The translations under genes and the position numbers were made by a program. A stretch of DNA of 64,000 nucleotides from a virus, in IMG/VR virus record IMGVR_UViG_3300009130_000002; one strand, written 5' to 3'. Below the pieces are notes generated by a model. The model made no database searches. It was not told the origin of the DNA and was given only the letters and a program-made list of their open reading frames with translations. Of the stretch, positions 17,331 to 26,861 are shown one piece after another (within the stretch, counting starts at the first letter, position 1; each line of letters begins with the position of its first letter).

Positions 17331-19301
17331 ATGGCGATTTTTGATAATCTTCCAGGCGTATTCCTGGAAATGATTGACGGTAACTTAACCGTCTTCCCAG
17401 ACCCTGCATCCCCTCTGTTCTTTATCTTAGGAACCTCGGAAAAAGAACCTACGAATGCAGATGGAAGCCCTTTGAGCTATCCATATACAGTAACTCAAGG
17501 AGCAGCAGAAGTGCTCGAACTATTCGGAACAGGCACTCTGTACAATACATTTGCTGAAGCTCAGGCAGGTGGAGCTAATAACTTCATTGTCTGGAGAACT
17601 GGCAATACTAATGACCCTTTATATAAACAATATGAGGGATTATTCAAAGCATATGCATATATGTATGACCAAAATATGGATGCGGTAATTCCGGGTGGAG
17701 TCTATCTTGACTCTCGAAATGTAATGGACGGCTTCCAGCAATTTAACTATGGAACAACTCCCCCAAGCCCAACTAAAGCAGATATTCTTGGCAGAGTTTA
17801 CGCCAAAGAAGTAGATGGAGAATGGCAATTTGCTTGGTGGTGGCCAGAAAATGTAGTAAATCTATCAGCATCAACTAATGGAATTGCTCAGTCACCGCTA
17901 ACAACAAATCAACTTCAGCTAACAAATGCCAATGTGGATAGCTATAATTCTTCTACTGGACTTATAAGCCTCGTTTTAACTGGTGGTGAGAGTGACAACT
18001 TCACCCCTGCCTTCATTGCAAACTCACTTAGCCTTGAAGAAGCAGCAGTAACTGCAGATTTCGTTACTATGACATCAAAAGCAACTGTTGGCAACTGCAC
18101 ATCCAAAGGAGACTACTGGCTGCATGAAGCAACAGGTGCAGTATTTATTCAAGTTGGAAGCGGTTTCGCTGGAGAATCAGAAGCACTGGATGCCATGTCA
18201 TCGCAAGTTGATGGTAGTGGAGATGCAATTAGACCTCTCTTGTCTTATGATGTTCCAAATAACCCTTCATTACTTGATCCTAATGATCTTATTGGCTCTG
18301 AGAGTTTGGCTGAAAGTGACTTCCACGAAGTCAACTTTGCTTATCAGCTTGCTGAATTCTGCCATAGAGGAAGTGAGGTTGTAGATACTCGCTTTGGCTT
18401 TATTGGAGTAAGAGATATTGCAGGCACCGGTAGCTCTGGTGACTGGGGCTCGGTCTTGCATGAGTCCAGATGGGTAGGAACAGCTGCATCGTTAGGTGCT
18501 GATGGGGCAGTTAATGATAATGGATCTGGCCTTCTCGGGAATAAATTTCTTTCAGGAAGAATTCAGGGCACCCTAATCAACCAGGGAGATTTCCCTGCTT
18601 TCCAGAACACAGCAGACTTTAATGGAGAAGGTGGATTCTTTCTATGTGATGACACGGCTTCAGCTCAAAGAGCTTGGCTAGATGGAGTTGCAAAAACAGA
18701 TTCTAATGGAAATAAAGTTGATCTAGGTAAATACATCAGCATCATGGGTTCATGGATCAATGTATTTAATAATGGAACTAGCTATAACTGCAGTGCAGCT
18801 GCAGCTTATGGTGGCATGGTAATGGGCGGCTCACTACCCATTGCAAGTGCTCCAACAAACAAGGCTTTTACTGTAGGCACCTTATTGGGAACTGTCAGCA
18901 CTCCAAAGCTTGATGCTCTGGCAGGTAAAAGAGTCGTTGCGGTTCAAAGAAAAGCAACAGGCAATGTTATTACAGACGGTGTAACGGCTGCAACTTCTGC
19001 ATCTGACTATAGAAGATTATCTACTATGAGACAGGTTGAAGCAGCAGTGGATGGCATCCGTACAGTGGGAGAACCCTTCCTTGGAGAGGGAATGACTGGA
19101 GTTCATATTGCAGGACTTGAAACAGGAATCGGAGACTTTTTGAGAACAATGGTAAGAGAGGGCCAAATCAATGATTATAGATTTCAGCTCGTTGTTACTC
19201 CTCAAATGAAGATTCTGGGTCAAGCTATCGTGCAGTTGACTTTAGTGCCAGCCTTTGAGCTGAGATCAATTACAGTAAGTGTCGGTCTTTCGGCAACTTA
19301 A
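17331..19301 (+). CDS. Contractile tail sheath protein
   Basis: N-terminal LPGVFLEMID and sheath C-terminal domain (SAPTNK, SDYRRLSTMRQVEAAVDGIR..GEPFLGEG, LVPAFELRSITVSV). RBS AGGAGG; upstream of the tube gene. Confidence 0.88.
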   Translation: MAIFDNLPGVFLEMIDGNLTVFPDPASPLFFILGTSEKEPTNADGSPLSYPYTVTQGAAEVLELFGTGTLYNTFAEAQAGGANNFIVWRTGNTNDPLYKQYEGLFKAYAYMYDQNMDAVIPGGVYLDSRNVMDGFQQFNYGTTPPSPTKADILGRVYAKEVDGEWQFAWWWPENVVNLSASTNGIAQSPLTTNQLQLTNANVDSYNSSTGLISLVLTGGESDNFTPAFIANSLSLEEAAVTADFVTMTSKATVGNCTSKGDYWLHEATGAVFIQVGSGFAGESEALDAMSSQVDGSGDAIRPLLSYDVPNNPSLLDPNDLIGSESLAESDFHEVNFAYQLAEFCHRGSEVVDTRFGFIGVRDIAGTGSSGDWGSVLHESRWVGTAASLGADGAVNDNGSGLLGNKFLSGRIQGTLINQGDFPAFQNTADFNGEGGFFLCDDTASAQRAWLDGVAKTDSNGNKVDLGKYISIMGSWINVFNNGTSYNCSAAAAYGGMVMGGSLPIASAPTNKAFTVGTLLGTVSTPKLDALAGKRVVAVQRKATGNVITDGVTAATSASDYRRLSTMRQVEAAVDGIRTVGEPFLGEGMTGVHIAGLETGIGDFLRTMVREGQINDYRFQLVVTPQMKILGQAIVQLTLVPAFELRSITVSVGLSAT

Positions 19302-19313
19302 TAGGAGGTTATT

Positions 19314-19964
19314 ATGAGTAAATTAAGAGGAGTCGGAGGAGAGTTGAAAAGTTTTAACAGCTTTTCCGGCGTAGATATTAAAGCAGTCATGGGGAGTACT
19401 GTTATCGGCGAATTACAGGCAATCTCCTATTCAATCAGTAGAGAGAAGGCACCGCTTTATACCATGGGGTCTGCAGATCCAAGAGCATACTCCCGTGGTA
19501 AAAGAGGTATTGCTGGTACACTTATCTTTTTGATGTTTGATAGGCATTCATTCTTGGGGCACTTTGGTGTTTTTAACAGCACATTGGACAGCGAGTATAA
19601 GCCTTTCTTGGACAAGGATGAAGCAAGGTTTGCTGAAAATTTATTGGGGCCAAGTACCACACTTCAAAGTATTGAAGGTACAGTTTCGGATGCTGGGCCT
19701 GATAGCAACGAAGTAAATGATACCAAGATTTCTGATCTTGGACAAAAACAATCTGCATTCTTTTCAGATCAAGTTCTTCCATTTGATGTTACCCTGGCAG
19801 CAGCAAATGAATATGGAGCTTTGGCAGTTATGAGAATTTATGGCTGTGAAATCTTAAATGAAGGCTATGGGGTTTCTATTGACGATATCGTATCTGAACA
19901 ACAGATGAGTTATATTGCAAGAAGTCTTTCTCCGTGGACAGCAGTTAAGAGACCATCAAAATAA
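19314..19964 (+). CDS. Tail tube protein
   Basis: FNSFSGVDI, GELQAISYSISREKAP, RGKRGIAGTLIF, DQVLPFDVTL.AANEYG, YGVSIDD. Directly after the sheath gene with a strong RBS. Confidence 0.82.
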   Translation: MSKLRGVGGELKSFNSFSGVDIKAVMGSTVIGELQAISYSISREKAPLYTMGSADPRAYSRGKRGIAGTLIFLMFDRHSFLGHFGVFNSTLDSEYKPFLDKDEARFAENLLGPSTTLQSIEGTVSDAGPDSNEVNDTKISDLGQKQSAFFSDQVLPFDVTLAAANEYGALAVMRIYGCEILNEGYGVSIDDIVSEQQMSYIARSLSPWTAVKRPSK

Positions 19965-19979
19965 AATTTATTTAAAGGA

Positions 19980-20007
19980 TCCCCCAGCAGTTAATTCTGC
20001 TGGGGGA
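19980..20007 (+). promoter_or_regulatory. Strong hairpin with no U-tract, overlapping the RBS of the next gene
   Basis: TCCCCCAGCAG-ttaatt-CTGCTGGGGGA, 11-bp stem. The 3' arm GGGGGA ends 8 nt before ATG 20016 and is followed by ATACC, not poly-T. Confidence 0.75.
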
Positions 20008-20015
20008 ATACCAAT

Positions 20016-20843
20016 ATGGCTAAATTAGAAAAGAAAAGATTAGATTATTCTGCATCAACATATAGTGGTGCGGACATATCTGTTATTGCAACACTTAACT
20101 TTCCGAAGGGATGGAAGCCAAAAAAAGAAGAACTATCTCTTTTGGACTCTCTTTCTAGTGTTGGAGGGGAAGTAGTAAAAGCCCTCAAGAGGATAGCCGA
20201 TCCCACAGATGGAGATAAAAGAACCTGGCAATTTGGACCTAAACAACCAAAAAGCAATGCTCTCGTAGGGGATATAGTTTTAAAAGATGGTTGGGTAGAG
20301 GGATTCGCTTTTGAGCTGGGAACAGTGCAAACGATATCCTATCAAACTCATAGACCAAAAGCCCCAGTAAGAGCACTCGGAAGATCATATGCAAAGGGCT
20401 ACACTAGAGGCCCTAGGACAATTGCAGGCTCTATGATTTTCACTGTAATTAATGAACATCCATTAAGAAGGCTTTGTAAGCAAATGGAGGATTCTTTGCA
20501 AAGTATCGATAGCAAAGATGTGTTTTCTTCAATTCTTTCTGATCAATTACTTCCCCTAGATCTAACTTTGTTGTTTGCCAACGAGTATGGAAGTGTATCA
20601 AGGATGGCACTTTATGGTGTCGAATTCCTGAATAATGGCCAAACCTTAAGTATTGAGGATTTACTCCTAGAAGAGGTTACGCAATTTGTTGCCTTGGATA
20701 TCGATCCAATGACAGACATTACAGATACAGCCAAAAAGGGTGGTGGAACTAAACGATCACTTTCTGCATCTGAAGTTTTCAAAGCCGACTTCCCTTCCTA
20801 TAATGAATGGTTAGAAAGAGTTGGGATGAGAAGGAAGTTTTAA
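20016..20843 (+). CDS. Tail tube-like paralogue (tube initiator/baseplate-proximal)
   Basis: Shares motifs with the tube: YSGADI, QTISYQTHRPKAP, RGPRTIAGSMIF, SDQLLPLDLTLLFANEYG, LSIED. Confidence 0.75.
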   Translation: MAKLEKKRLDYSASTYSGADISVIATLNFPKGWKPKKEELSLLDSLSSVGGEVVKALKRIADPTDGDKRTWQFGPKQPKSNALVGDIVLKDGWVEGFAFELGTVQTISYQTHRPKAPVRALGRSYAKGYTRGPRTIAGSMIFTVINEHPLRRLCKQMEDSLQSIDSKDVFSSILSDQLLPLDLTLLFANEYGSVSRMALYGVEFLNNGQTLSIEDLLLEEVTQFVALDIDPMTDITDTAKKGGGTKRSLSASEVFKADFPSYNEWLERVGMRRKF

Positions 20844-21575
20844 ATGTCAATAGAACGTTTTGAATATAATCTTGATTATTATAGTGGTGCCCAAGCTGCT
20901 GTCTATTTTGATGACATCATGATAGATGAAGTAACAACAATGCAGTGGACTGTTCAGCAATCAAAGGTTCCTATTTATGGATATGCATCTCAAACCTTTG
21001 ATGAGATGGCAAAGGGAACGATTATTGTTCAAGGCAGCTTTAGCATTAACTTTGTAGAAGCTGGTTATCTTTGGGCTGTTTTAAATAGGAATTACAAGAA
21101 AAGAAGAGCAATACAGTTTGATGGGGGAACAATTGGATATCCTACGATTATGGATGAAACTGAAATTAAAAGAAGAAACCAACAGGCAGTAAACAGGTAT
21201 ATTGATGCTAATTTAAATCCACGAGATGAGCCCGTAGGTTCATCAGATCAAGCGATGATAGAAGCATATAATAGCTTAAGAAATAACCCTCATGGACTGC
21301 ACGAGTATTCAAGATTAATTAACGACCATATCTGGGGTTCAGAAACATCGAGAACAATTGGTGGGATTCCAGAAGACTTTAGTGGACAAAGAAGAACAGA
21401 TAGGAAAGAGTTAAATGGATTTGATATTTATCTCGCTTTCCAACATACAGATTCAGATGTTCATACCATTACAAAAATAGAGGATGTTCATCTAGTTGGC
21501 AAAGCTCAGACTGTTGTCATTGATGAAAATCCAGTGCAAGAAGTCTATTCTTTTTATGCAAAAAATGTTATATAG
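20844..21575 (+). CDS. Second tail tube-like paralogue
   Basis: YYSGAQ, QWTVQQSKVPIYGY, KGTIIVQGSFSINF, QEVYSFYAK; more divergent tube-fold pattern. Confidence 0.65.
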   Translation: MSIERFEYNLDYYSGAQAAVYFDDIMIDEVTTMQWTVQQSKVPIYGYASQTFDEMAKGTIIVQGSFSINFVEAGYLWAVLNRNYKKRRAIQFDGGTIGYPTIMDETEIKRRNQQAVNRYIDANLNPRDEPVGSSDQAMIEAYNSLRNNPHGLHEYSRLINDHIWGSETSRTIGGIPEDFSGQRRTDRKELNGFDIYLAFQHTDSDVHTITKIEDVHLVGKAQTVVIDENPVQEVYSFYAKNVI

Positions 21576-21604
21576 TTATTAAATTAACTAAGAAAGGAGC
21601 GGTT

Positions 21605-22039
21605 ATGACAGAAGAGCAAACCGTTGAAAATACACAAACAACAGAGGCAGGAAATCCAGGTGTGGATGAAGGGACAAAAACCCTTGCTGCAATTTTGGCT
21701 GAATTCCCTCAGTCTCCAACAGAGGTGAGAATTGAACAATGGAAACAAAACCATGGGGAGGTTTATTGTTCTGGATTCTCTGAAGAAGAGCTAGTTGTTT
21801 GGAGACCTATCAATAGAAGGGAGTTTGTTCAGCTTCAAGAGACTGTTCAGGGTGCAAGTGTTAGTACCTTAGAATTAGAGGAAGAGGTTGTAAACAAATG
21901 CCTGTTATGGACTTCCCCAAAAGCCAGAATCGCCTTAGAGCATAAGGCAGGCAGTCTAACTACACTCAATGAGCAGATTATGCAAAATTCAAACTTCATT
22001 AATCCACAAATGGCCTCTGCGTTGGTAGTGAAGCTGTAG
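21605..22039 (+). CDS. Tail assembly chaperone (G-like)
   Basis: Between the tube genes and the TMP-like gene; VVWRPINRREF, EEEVVNKCLLW, KAGSLTTL; RBS AAAGGAG. Confidence 0.7.
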   Translation: MTEEQTVENTQTTEAGNPGVDEGTKTLAAILAEFPQSPTEVRIEQWKQNHGEVYCSGFSEEELVVWRPINRREFVQLQETVQGASVSTLELEEEVVNKCLLWTSPKARIALEHKAGSLTTLNEQIMQNSNFINPQMASALVVKL

Positions 22040-22046
22040 GTTCGCA

Positions 22047-22952
22047 ATGTTGGATCTCCCATCTTTAAGAAGACAATACGGGGCTGTATTTGTTACAACA
22101 CTTGAAAATGGGAATGTTATTCCCTGGAAGCAATTAACTATAGGAGAATACCTAGAGTACTCCTCCCTGTTAGAGGGGGGAGTTTACGCTAGGGCAACGA
22201 TAGAAGATGAGGTTTTCAGAAAATGTGTTCTTGACGAGCTAACCATTGTTAATCTTCCTGCGCTAAAAGCTGGAACTGTAACAACGGTTGTTCAGGATAT
22301 CTTAAGAAATTCAGGCCCAAACACTATTGACGAGCTAAACCTCGCATTGGGACTTTATAGAAATGTAGCTAATCAAGCTGTACACCAAACAGCCTCTCTG
22401 ATTACACAAGCATTTCCCGCTTATACTTTAGAGCAGGTATATGAAATGAATTTCAATGACTTCATGATGAGAGTGGCCCAGGCAGAAGCTAAGCTTTTGC
22501 AGTTAGGAATACTTGAGCAACCAATTAATTTTCATGATCCAACTGTTCAAGTTGAACAAGCTGCTGAAGAAGCACCAAAGATGGATGCAATGGAAATGTA
22601 CAGAAAGTATCAAGAGCAGCAAGAAGAAGTACAACCACAACAAACTATAATTAAAGATACTCAGATGTTTTCTAATTCTGGATTATCGGATGAAGAATCA
22701 GGATATTCAACACAAGATTTAGATGAAGAGACACAAGTTATCTTTAAAGATTATATTGACCAGTTAAATGCTGGTGAAAAGTTAAGGATTAAAACCCCGG
22801 AGGAAAGATTAGCAGAAGCTAAAATTCGTGAACAGGAAGGCAAACAAATTGTTAGCAAACAATTAAATGCAGAACAAGTTCATAATCAAGCTTTAGAAAA
22901 ACAATATGCTGAAATACTAAAGAGGGCGTCTGCTAAGAAAAAAAATAGATAG
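22047..22952 (+). CDS. Second tail assembly chaperone (GT-like), N-terminal paralogue of the previous gene
   Basis: IPWKQLTIGEY, EDEVFRKCVL and KAGTVTTV align with the 21605 ORF; extra acidic/charged C-terminus. Confidence 0.65.
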   Translation: MLDLPSLRRQYGAVFVTTLENGNVIPWKQLTIGEYLEYSSLLEGGVYARATIEDEVFRKCVLDELTIVNLPALKAGTVTTVVQDILRNSGPNTIDELNLALGLYRNVANQAVHQTASLITQAFPAYTLEQVYEMNFNDFMMRVAQAEAKLLQLGILEQPINFHDPTVQVEQAAEEAPKMDAMEMYRKYQEQQEEVQPQQTIIKDTQMFSNSGLSDEESGYSTQDLDEETQVIFKDYIDQLNAGEKLRIKTPEERLAEAKIREQEGKQIVSKQLNAEQVHNQALEKQYAEILKRASAKKKNR

Positions 22953-25900
22953 TGCCAGAAAATAATTCGAATCAGGGTTTCGTTTTAAATGCCCAGACAG
23001 GTCGAGCCTATTACGGAAAAGCATTAGGTGGACACCACATAACACAAGAAACGTGGACTGACAAGGAATACGAATCTGGTTACAATATCTCCAATCCCTA
23101 CTTCGGGAGGTTTGGAGCAGTTGCAACAGGCGCTGCAATTTATGGTGGCTTAAGAGCTAGCCCTTGGGCCTGGAATACTGCAACCCAGGCAACAAGAGCT
23201 GCTGAAGATTGGTCCCCCTTCATGTGGGGTAGAACCTTTCAGCTATCAAACATAATGTCCCACAGAGAGGAAGCTGTACGAGCTGCTCAAAACAGACGTG
23301 GAGGGACTTTCTTTAATCTGGGCGATGATACCGCCACAGCAAATTACTTACAAAGACTTTCTGATGATAAATTCAATGCTGAACGCATTAGGAAAGAAGG
23401 TGTCCGTCTTGAAGATGGAAAGCTCTATCTAGGAAGGGGTTACAATAATGTTATCCTTGAACATGCTGGAGTAATTAGAACAGCAGAGGGTGGAACTAAT
23501 ACATTTGGTCAAGCATATACCAGAGCAAATGTTAGAGGCCCTCACGACACTGTTGATTCCTTCAATGTTCTAAATAAGAAAGTTGCAGATCCCGATGCTC
23601 GTGGTGGCTATACAGAAGTAAATAGACCACAAATTGCTGGGATGCCAATCCAGTTTATTGGTGGCAAAACAAAATTCGATTATCATCTTAAAAGAGCTAA
23701 AGCAATTGCTGCAGAATTTGGTGTCTATAGATTCAATAGACTGCTGACAGATGACCTAACAGAAAGCCCACTTACAAGACCTATAATTGAAGCCATGTCT
23801 AGGATCCCTAAGGTTGGAAAGTATTTCAACCCAGAAGGAGATTCAAAGCTTGGACACAAAGGCCTTGGTGTCATCCCAGGGACACCCGGTAAAACTGCTT
23901 GGAGGCTTGGTAAAAAGCTAGCCTTAGTTGGAACTGCTGTTCCAATGGCTTACGACCAACTAGATTGGGGTGTTGAACAAGTACTTGGAACAGGGATTAC
24001 AGAAGGCATCGCTACTGCTGGTGTTGCTGCTCATCTTGGCTACGCTCATACTCTAGACTTTATATCAGGTGGCCTGTTGTATGACATGCAGGAGGGTTTA
24101 GAGAACTGGGTTCCTGGAATTACCAGTCCTTATAACCTACCAAGCTTTGCTCTTGGTGGCTTTATGGGGGGCATGTTAACTAGCGGAATTTATAAGAGAT
24201 ATTCCAGTATAAAGAAAGCTATGAATACTCCAGGATCTGGAGGTTTTGGAGAGAAGCGGAATAAGGCATGGTATGACGTAAGTGAACAGTTCGTTAATAT
24301 GGATTTTAATCCAAGAGGACCTGTTAAGTCTTGGGTTGCTAAGCAATTTAAAAAGTGGGGAACAACTGGAGTTGGAAGTGTTTATCAAGATGGGGAAGGT
24401 AACATTGCAGATCTCTGGAGAAAGATAGCAAAACCCAACAAAGCAGAAGGGGATTTTTTAGATCTACCTTTATTTGGTAGAGCAACAACAGGAAAGCTTT
24501 CTGGTTTCGCAGGGATGTTTGCCGGATCTCTTCTTACAGCCCTTCCTTCTGCACTAGGATTTTTGATTCCAGATGAAAGGCCCGAAGAGCTAGAGGCTAT
24601 TTATTCAGGTAGAAAAGAAGTAGCAGTTAGAAAGGGAAGGTTCTGGGAATTTGGCAGGGGTGACTTTGAGGGTGATGAGATAATGTATTATCGCCCACAT
24701 GCTTTTGCTCGAATGAAGTCGAAGTATAAGGAAAAAGCGATCTGGGGAGATGACTACGATATGTCTCCACTTAAAAAGTTCTATCTAAAGAACTTCACTA
24801 ACTATTTAGAAGAAAAGCACTATTATGATCGACCATATCCCATAACCTCACTGCCTTTTCAGGATGTGGCATTTTTAGGCCCTGTGCTTTCCAATACAAT
24901 AGGTAGGCTAATAAAGCCTGCTCAGTATATGCATTCAGAAGAGTGGAGAAGAAATGATGGAGAAGAGGTAAAAGTTGAGCCTTCTTCTTTTGGAAGAGCA
25001 TACGCTACAGAACTTGGAGAGACTCCAGGAGGATTACCTGTTGCTCCTTCTGGATTTACCCAAACAATTAACAAGCTCTTTTATCACCTAACAGAACAAG
25101 CTGGTTTGTGGGGATACGCTCTTGAAAGTGGCATTGATGAGTTAACTGGAACACCTGGAATATTTGATCAGTATAAGGTTATGTCTTCTTTTGGAGAGGT
25201 AACTTCAGTATCTAGGGATTTTTATGACTTAGGACTTGGTGGCATGGCTATGACAAACGAAGCCTTTCGTCGTTTATATCCATCCGAAAGAGCCTATATG
25301 GATACTTATAATCCCTTGAAGAACACAATGCCTTCTTGGTTGCCAGGATCAGGTTCTAGAGGTCCAGATTTTCAGCATGGAGACCCTTACACAAAGATTG
25401 CAGAAGGTGAATACAGACTTCCAGGTGCAGGGTATGCTGCAAGATTTTCAGATTTAAAAGGTTTAGATCCAGAAGATTACCCGCTTATTCACAAGTTTAA
25501 AATCTTAGCAGATGTCGCTCCCCACAGTAATGAGTTCAGAAAGATAGCTGCACAAGCAAAAGCTAATCGAAACAACTTTGATTCTGTTGAAGAAAGTATT
25601 TACTATGCAACCCTAGAACAGTTAGAGGCAAAACGAAGAAGAAAAGAATTTTCAGAATATAGAAACTCGCTATTTGGACAGGAAGAAGCATATGGCTCAG
25701 ATACTTCAGCAGGTGCTCTTGCTCATATAAATAGAACACAAGCACAAGGTCTGGATCAAACAACAGGTCTACTTGGTGCAATTGGTAGTGGAATTGAATG
25801 GGCTTTGCATGCACAAATGCCTTGGGAATACCTAACCCCTCTAGCTCCAGAGAGTAAGTTTAATCAAAGAAGAACAGCTGTTGAGTCTTATGAAAGGGAA

Positions 25901-26860
25901 AACATATATGGGACAAAATCAGCTTTCTGGAATAGACCGATTGAAAACTTCATTACTCCGACATTGTATTCAAATGCTCATCATCTCCTGGGATGGGATG
26001 GAGTTCCAGATAAAATCAGTAAAAGTAGAGACATAGAAGAATATTTTGATATAATCGAGTATGTTAAAAATGCTAGACTAGCTAACATTGCTGATTTGAA
26101 TAATGATCAAGAAGCTAGGCGTATTTTTGAAAAGAGAAAAGACGAAACTTTATTTGGAATAAATCCTTATAGTCAAAATGATTCCTCTATCTATAGAGCC
26201 TTGCCTTCTAGGGATAAGGCTTATTTTAGAGCATTCTCTGAAGCTAGAAGCCCTGAACAGAGAAGACGTATACTGGAACTAGTCCCAAGAAATCAAAGAG
26301 AACTTTATCTCGCAAGATGGAAATTAGAACAAACACAAGATTTACGAAAAGCACAAAACGAGGTATTAAATAACTCTATCCAGATGGATATAGCTTCAGA
26401 CAGAATCAACAGTGTCTATAGCGAAGCTCAGAACGAGGGCTTCCCAAAAACTAGAGAGCTATATCAGATGTTCATGGAATCAAAGTATCCAGGAGAGAAC
26501 TATGGAGACTGGTATAGAAGAACTCAGCTACTTCCAGATGTTCCTCTTCCTGGAGCAGACTGGGTTGGTTGGCATCCCTCAGTGGAGCTGGAAGACATTA
26601 AGCTTAGGGCTGTTTTAGATCTTGGTGAAAATATGCATGATTATGGATTCTATGATACACAACTTAGAGCTTTGGGTGGCAAGCCATTTTTAGAGCAAGC
26701 AACAAACGAATTGTTTGCGGCTAGAAGACAAGGTGATTTTCACTCAAGAAGAAACTTGAATGAAGTATTTGCCTCAAGAAGTATGAATAGCGAAATTAGC
26801 ATGAGAAAGCAATGGGGTCCAAGCTTAACACCTCAGGTTTCGGTAGAGATGGAGCAGTAA
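22952..26860 (+). CDS. Tape-measure-like / ejected tail protein
   Basis: 1302 aa, first large gene after the chaperones, GTG start overlapping the upstream TAG. Helical and Gly-rich with several hydrophobic segments (e.g. GKLSGFAGMFAGSLLTALPSALGFLI). Confidence 0.6.
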   Translation: MPENNSNQGFVLNAQTGRAYYGKALGGHHITQETWTDKEYESGYNISNPYFGRFGAVATGAAIYGGLRASPWAWNTATQATRAAEDWSPFMWGRTFQLSNIMSHREEAVRAAQNRRGGTFFNLGDDTATANYLQRLSDDKFNAERIRKEGVRLEDGKLYLGRGYNNVILEHAGVIRTAEGGTNTFGQAYTRANVRGPHDTVDSFNVLNKKVADPDARGGYTEVNRPQIAGMPIQFIGGKTKFDYHLKRAKAIAAEFGVYRFNRLLTDDLTESPLTRPIIEAMSRIPKVGKYFNPEGDSKLGHKGLGVIPGTPGKTAWRLGKKLALVGTAVPMAYDQLDWGVEQVLGTGITEGIATAGVAAHLGYAHTLDFISGGLLYDMQEGLENWVPGITSPYNLPSFALGGFMGGMLTSGIYKRYSSIKKAMNTPGSGGFGEKRNKAWYDVSEQFVNMDFNPRGPVKSWVAKQFKKWGTTGVGSVYQDGEGNIADLWRKIAKPNKAEGDFLDLPLFGRATTGKLSGFAGMFAGSLLTALPSALGFLIPDERPEELEAIYSGRKEVAVRKGRFWEFGRGDFEGDEIMYYRPHAFARMKSKYKEKAIWGDDYDMSPLKKFYLKNFTNYLEEKHYYDRPYPITSLPFQDVAFLGPVLSNTIGRLIKPAQYMHSEEWRRNDGEEVKVEPSSFGRAYATELGETPGGLPVAPSGFTQTINKLFYHLTEQAGLWGYALESGIDELTGTPGIFDQYKVMSSFGEVTSVSRDFYDLGLGGMAMTNEAFRRLYPSERAYMDTYNPLKNTMPSWLPGSGSRGPDFQHGDPYTKIAEGEYRLPGAGYAARFSDLKGLDPEDYPLIHKFKILADVAPHSNEFRKIAAQAKANRNNFDSVEESIYYATLEQLEAKRRRKEFSEYRNSLFGQEEAYGSDTSAGALAHINRTQAQGLDQTTGLLGAIGSGIEWALHAQMPWEYLTPLAPESKFNQRRTAVESYERENIYGTKSAFWNRPIENFITPTLYSNAHHLLGWDGVPDKISKSRDIEEYFDIIEYVKNARLANIADLNNDQEARRIFEKRKDETLFGINPYSQNDSSIYRALPSRDKAYFRAFSEARSPEQRRRILELVPRNQRELYLARWKLEQTQDLRKAQNEVLNNSIQMDIASDRINSVYSEAQNEGFPKTRELYQMFMESKYPGENYGDWYRRTQLLPDVPLPGADWVGWHPSVELEDIKLRAVLDLGENMHDYGFYDTQLRALGGKPFLEQATNELFAARRQGDFHSRRNLNEVFASRSMNSEISMRKQWGPSLTPQVSVEMEQ

Positions 26861-26861
26861 A

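Noticed and set aside
22020-22049. Programmed G/GT frameshift between the two chaperone genes
   Set aside because: TGA at 22029-22031 in the downstream frame and no slippery heptamer in the 8-nt overlap window.
22935-22954. A8 slippery run just before the second chaperone stop; the TMP-like gene is in the -1 frame
   Set aside because: The -1 frame hits TAG at 22946-22948 immediately, so no chaperone-TMP fusion is possible.
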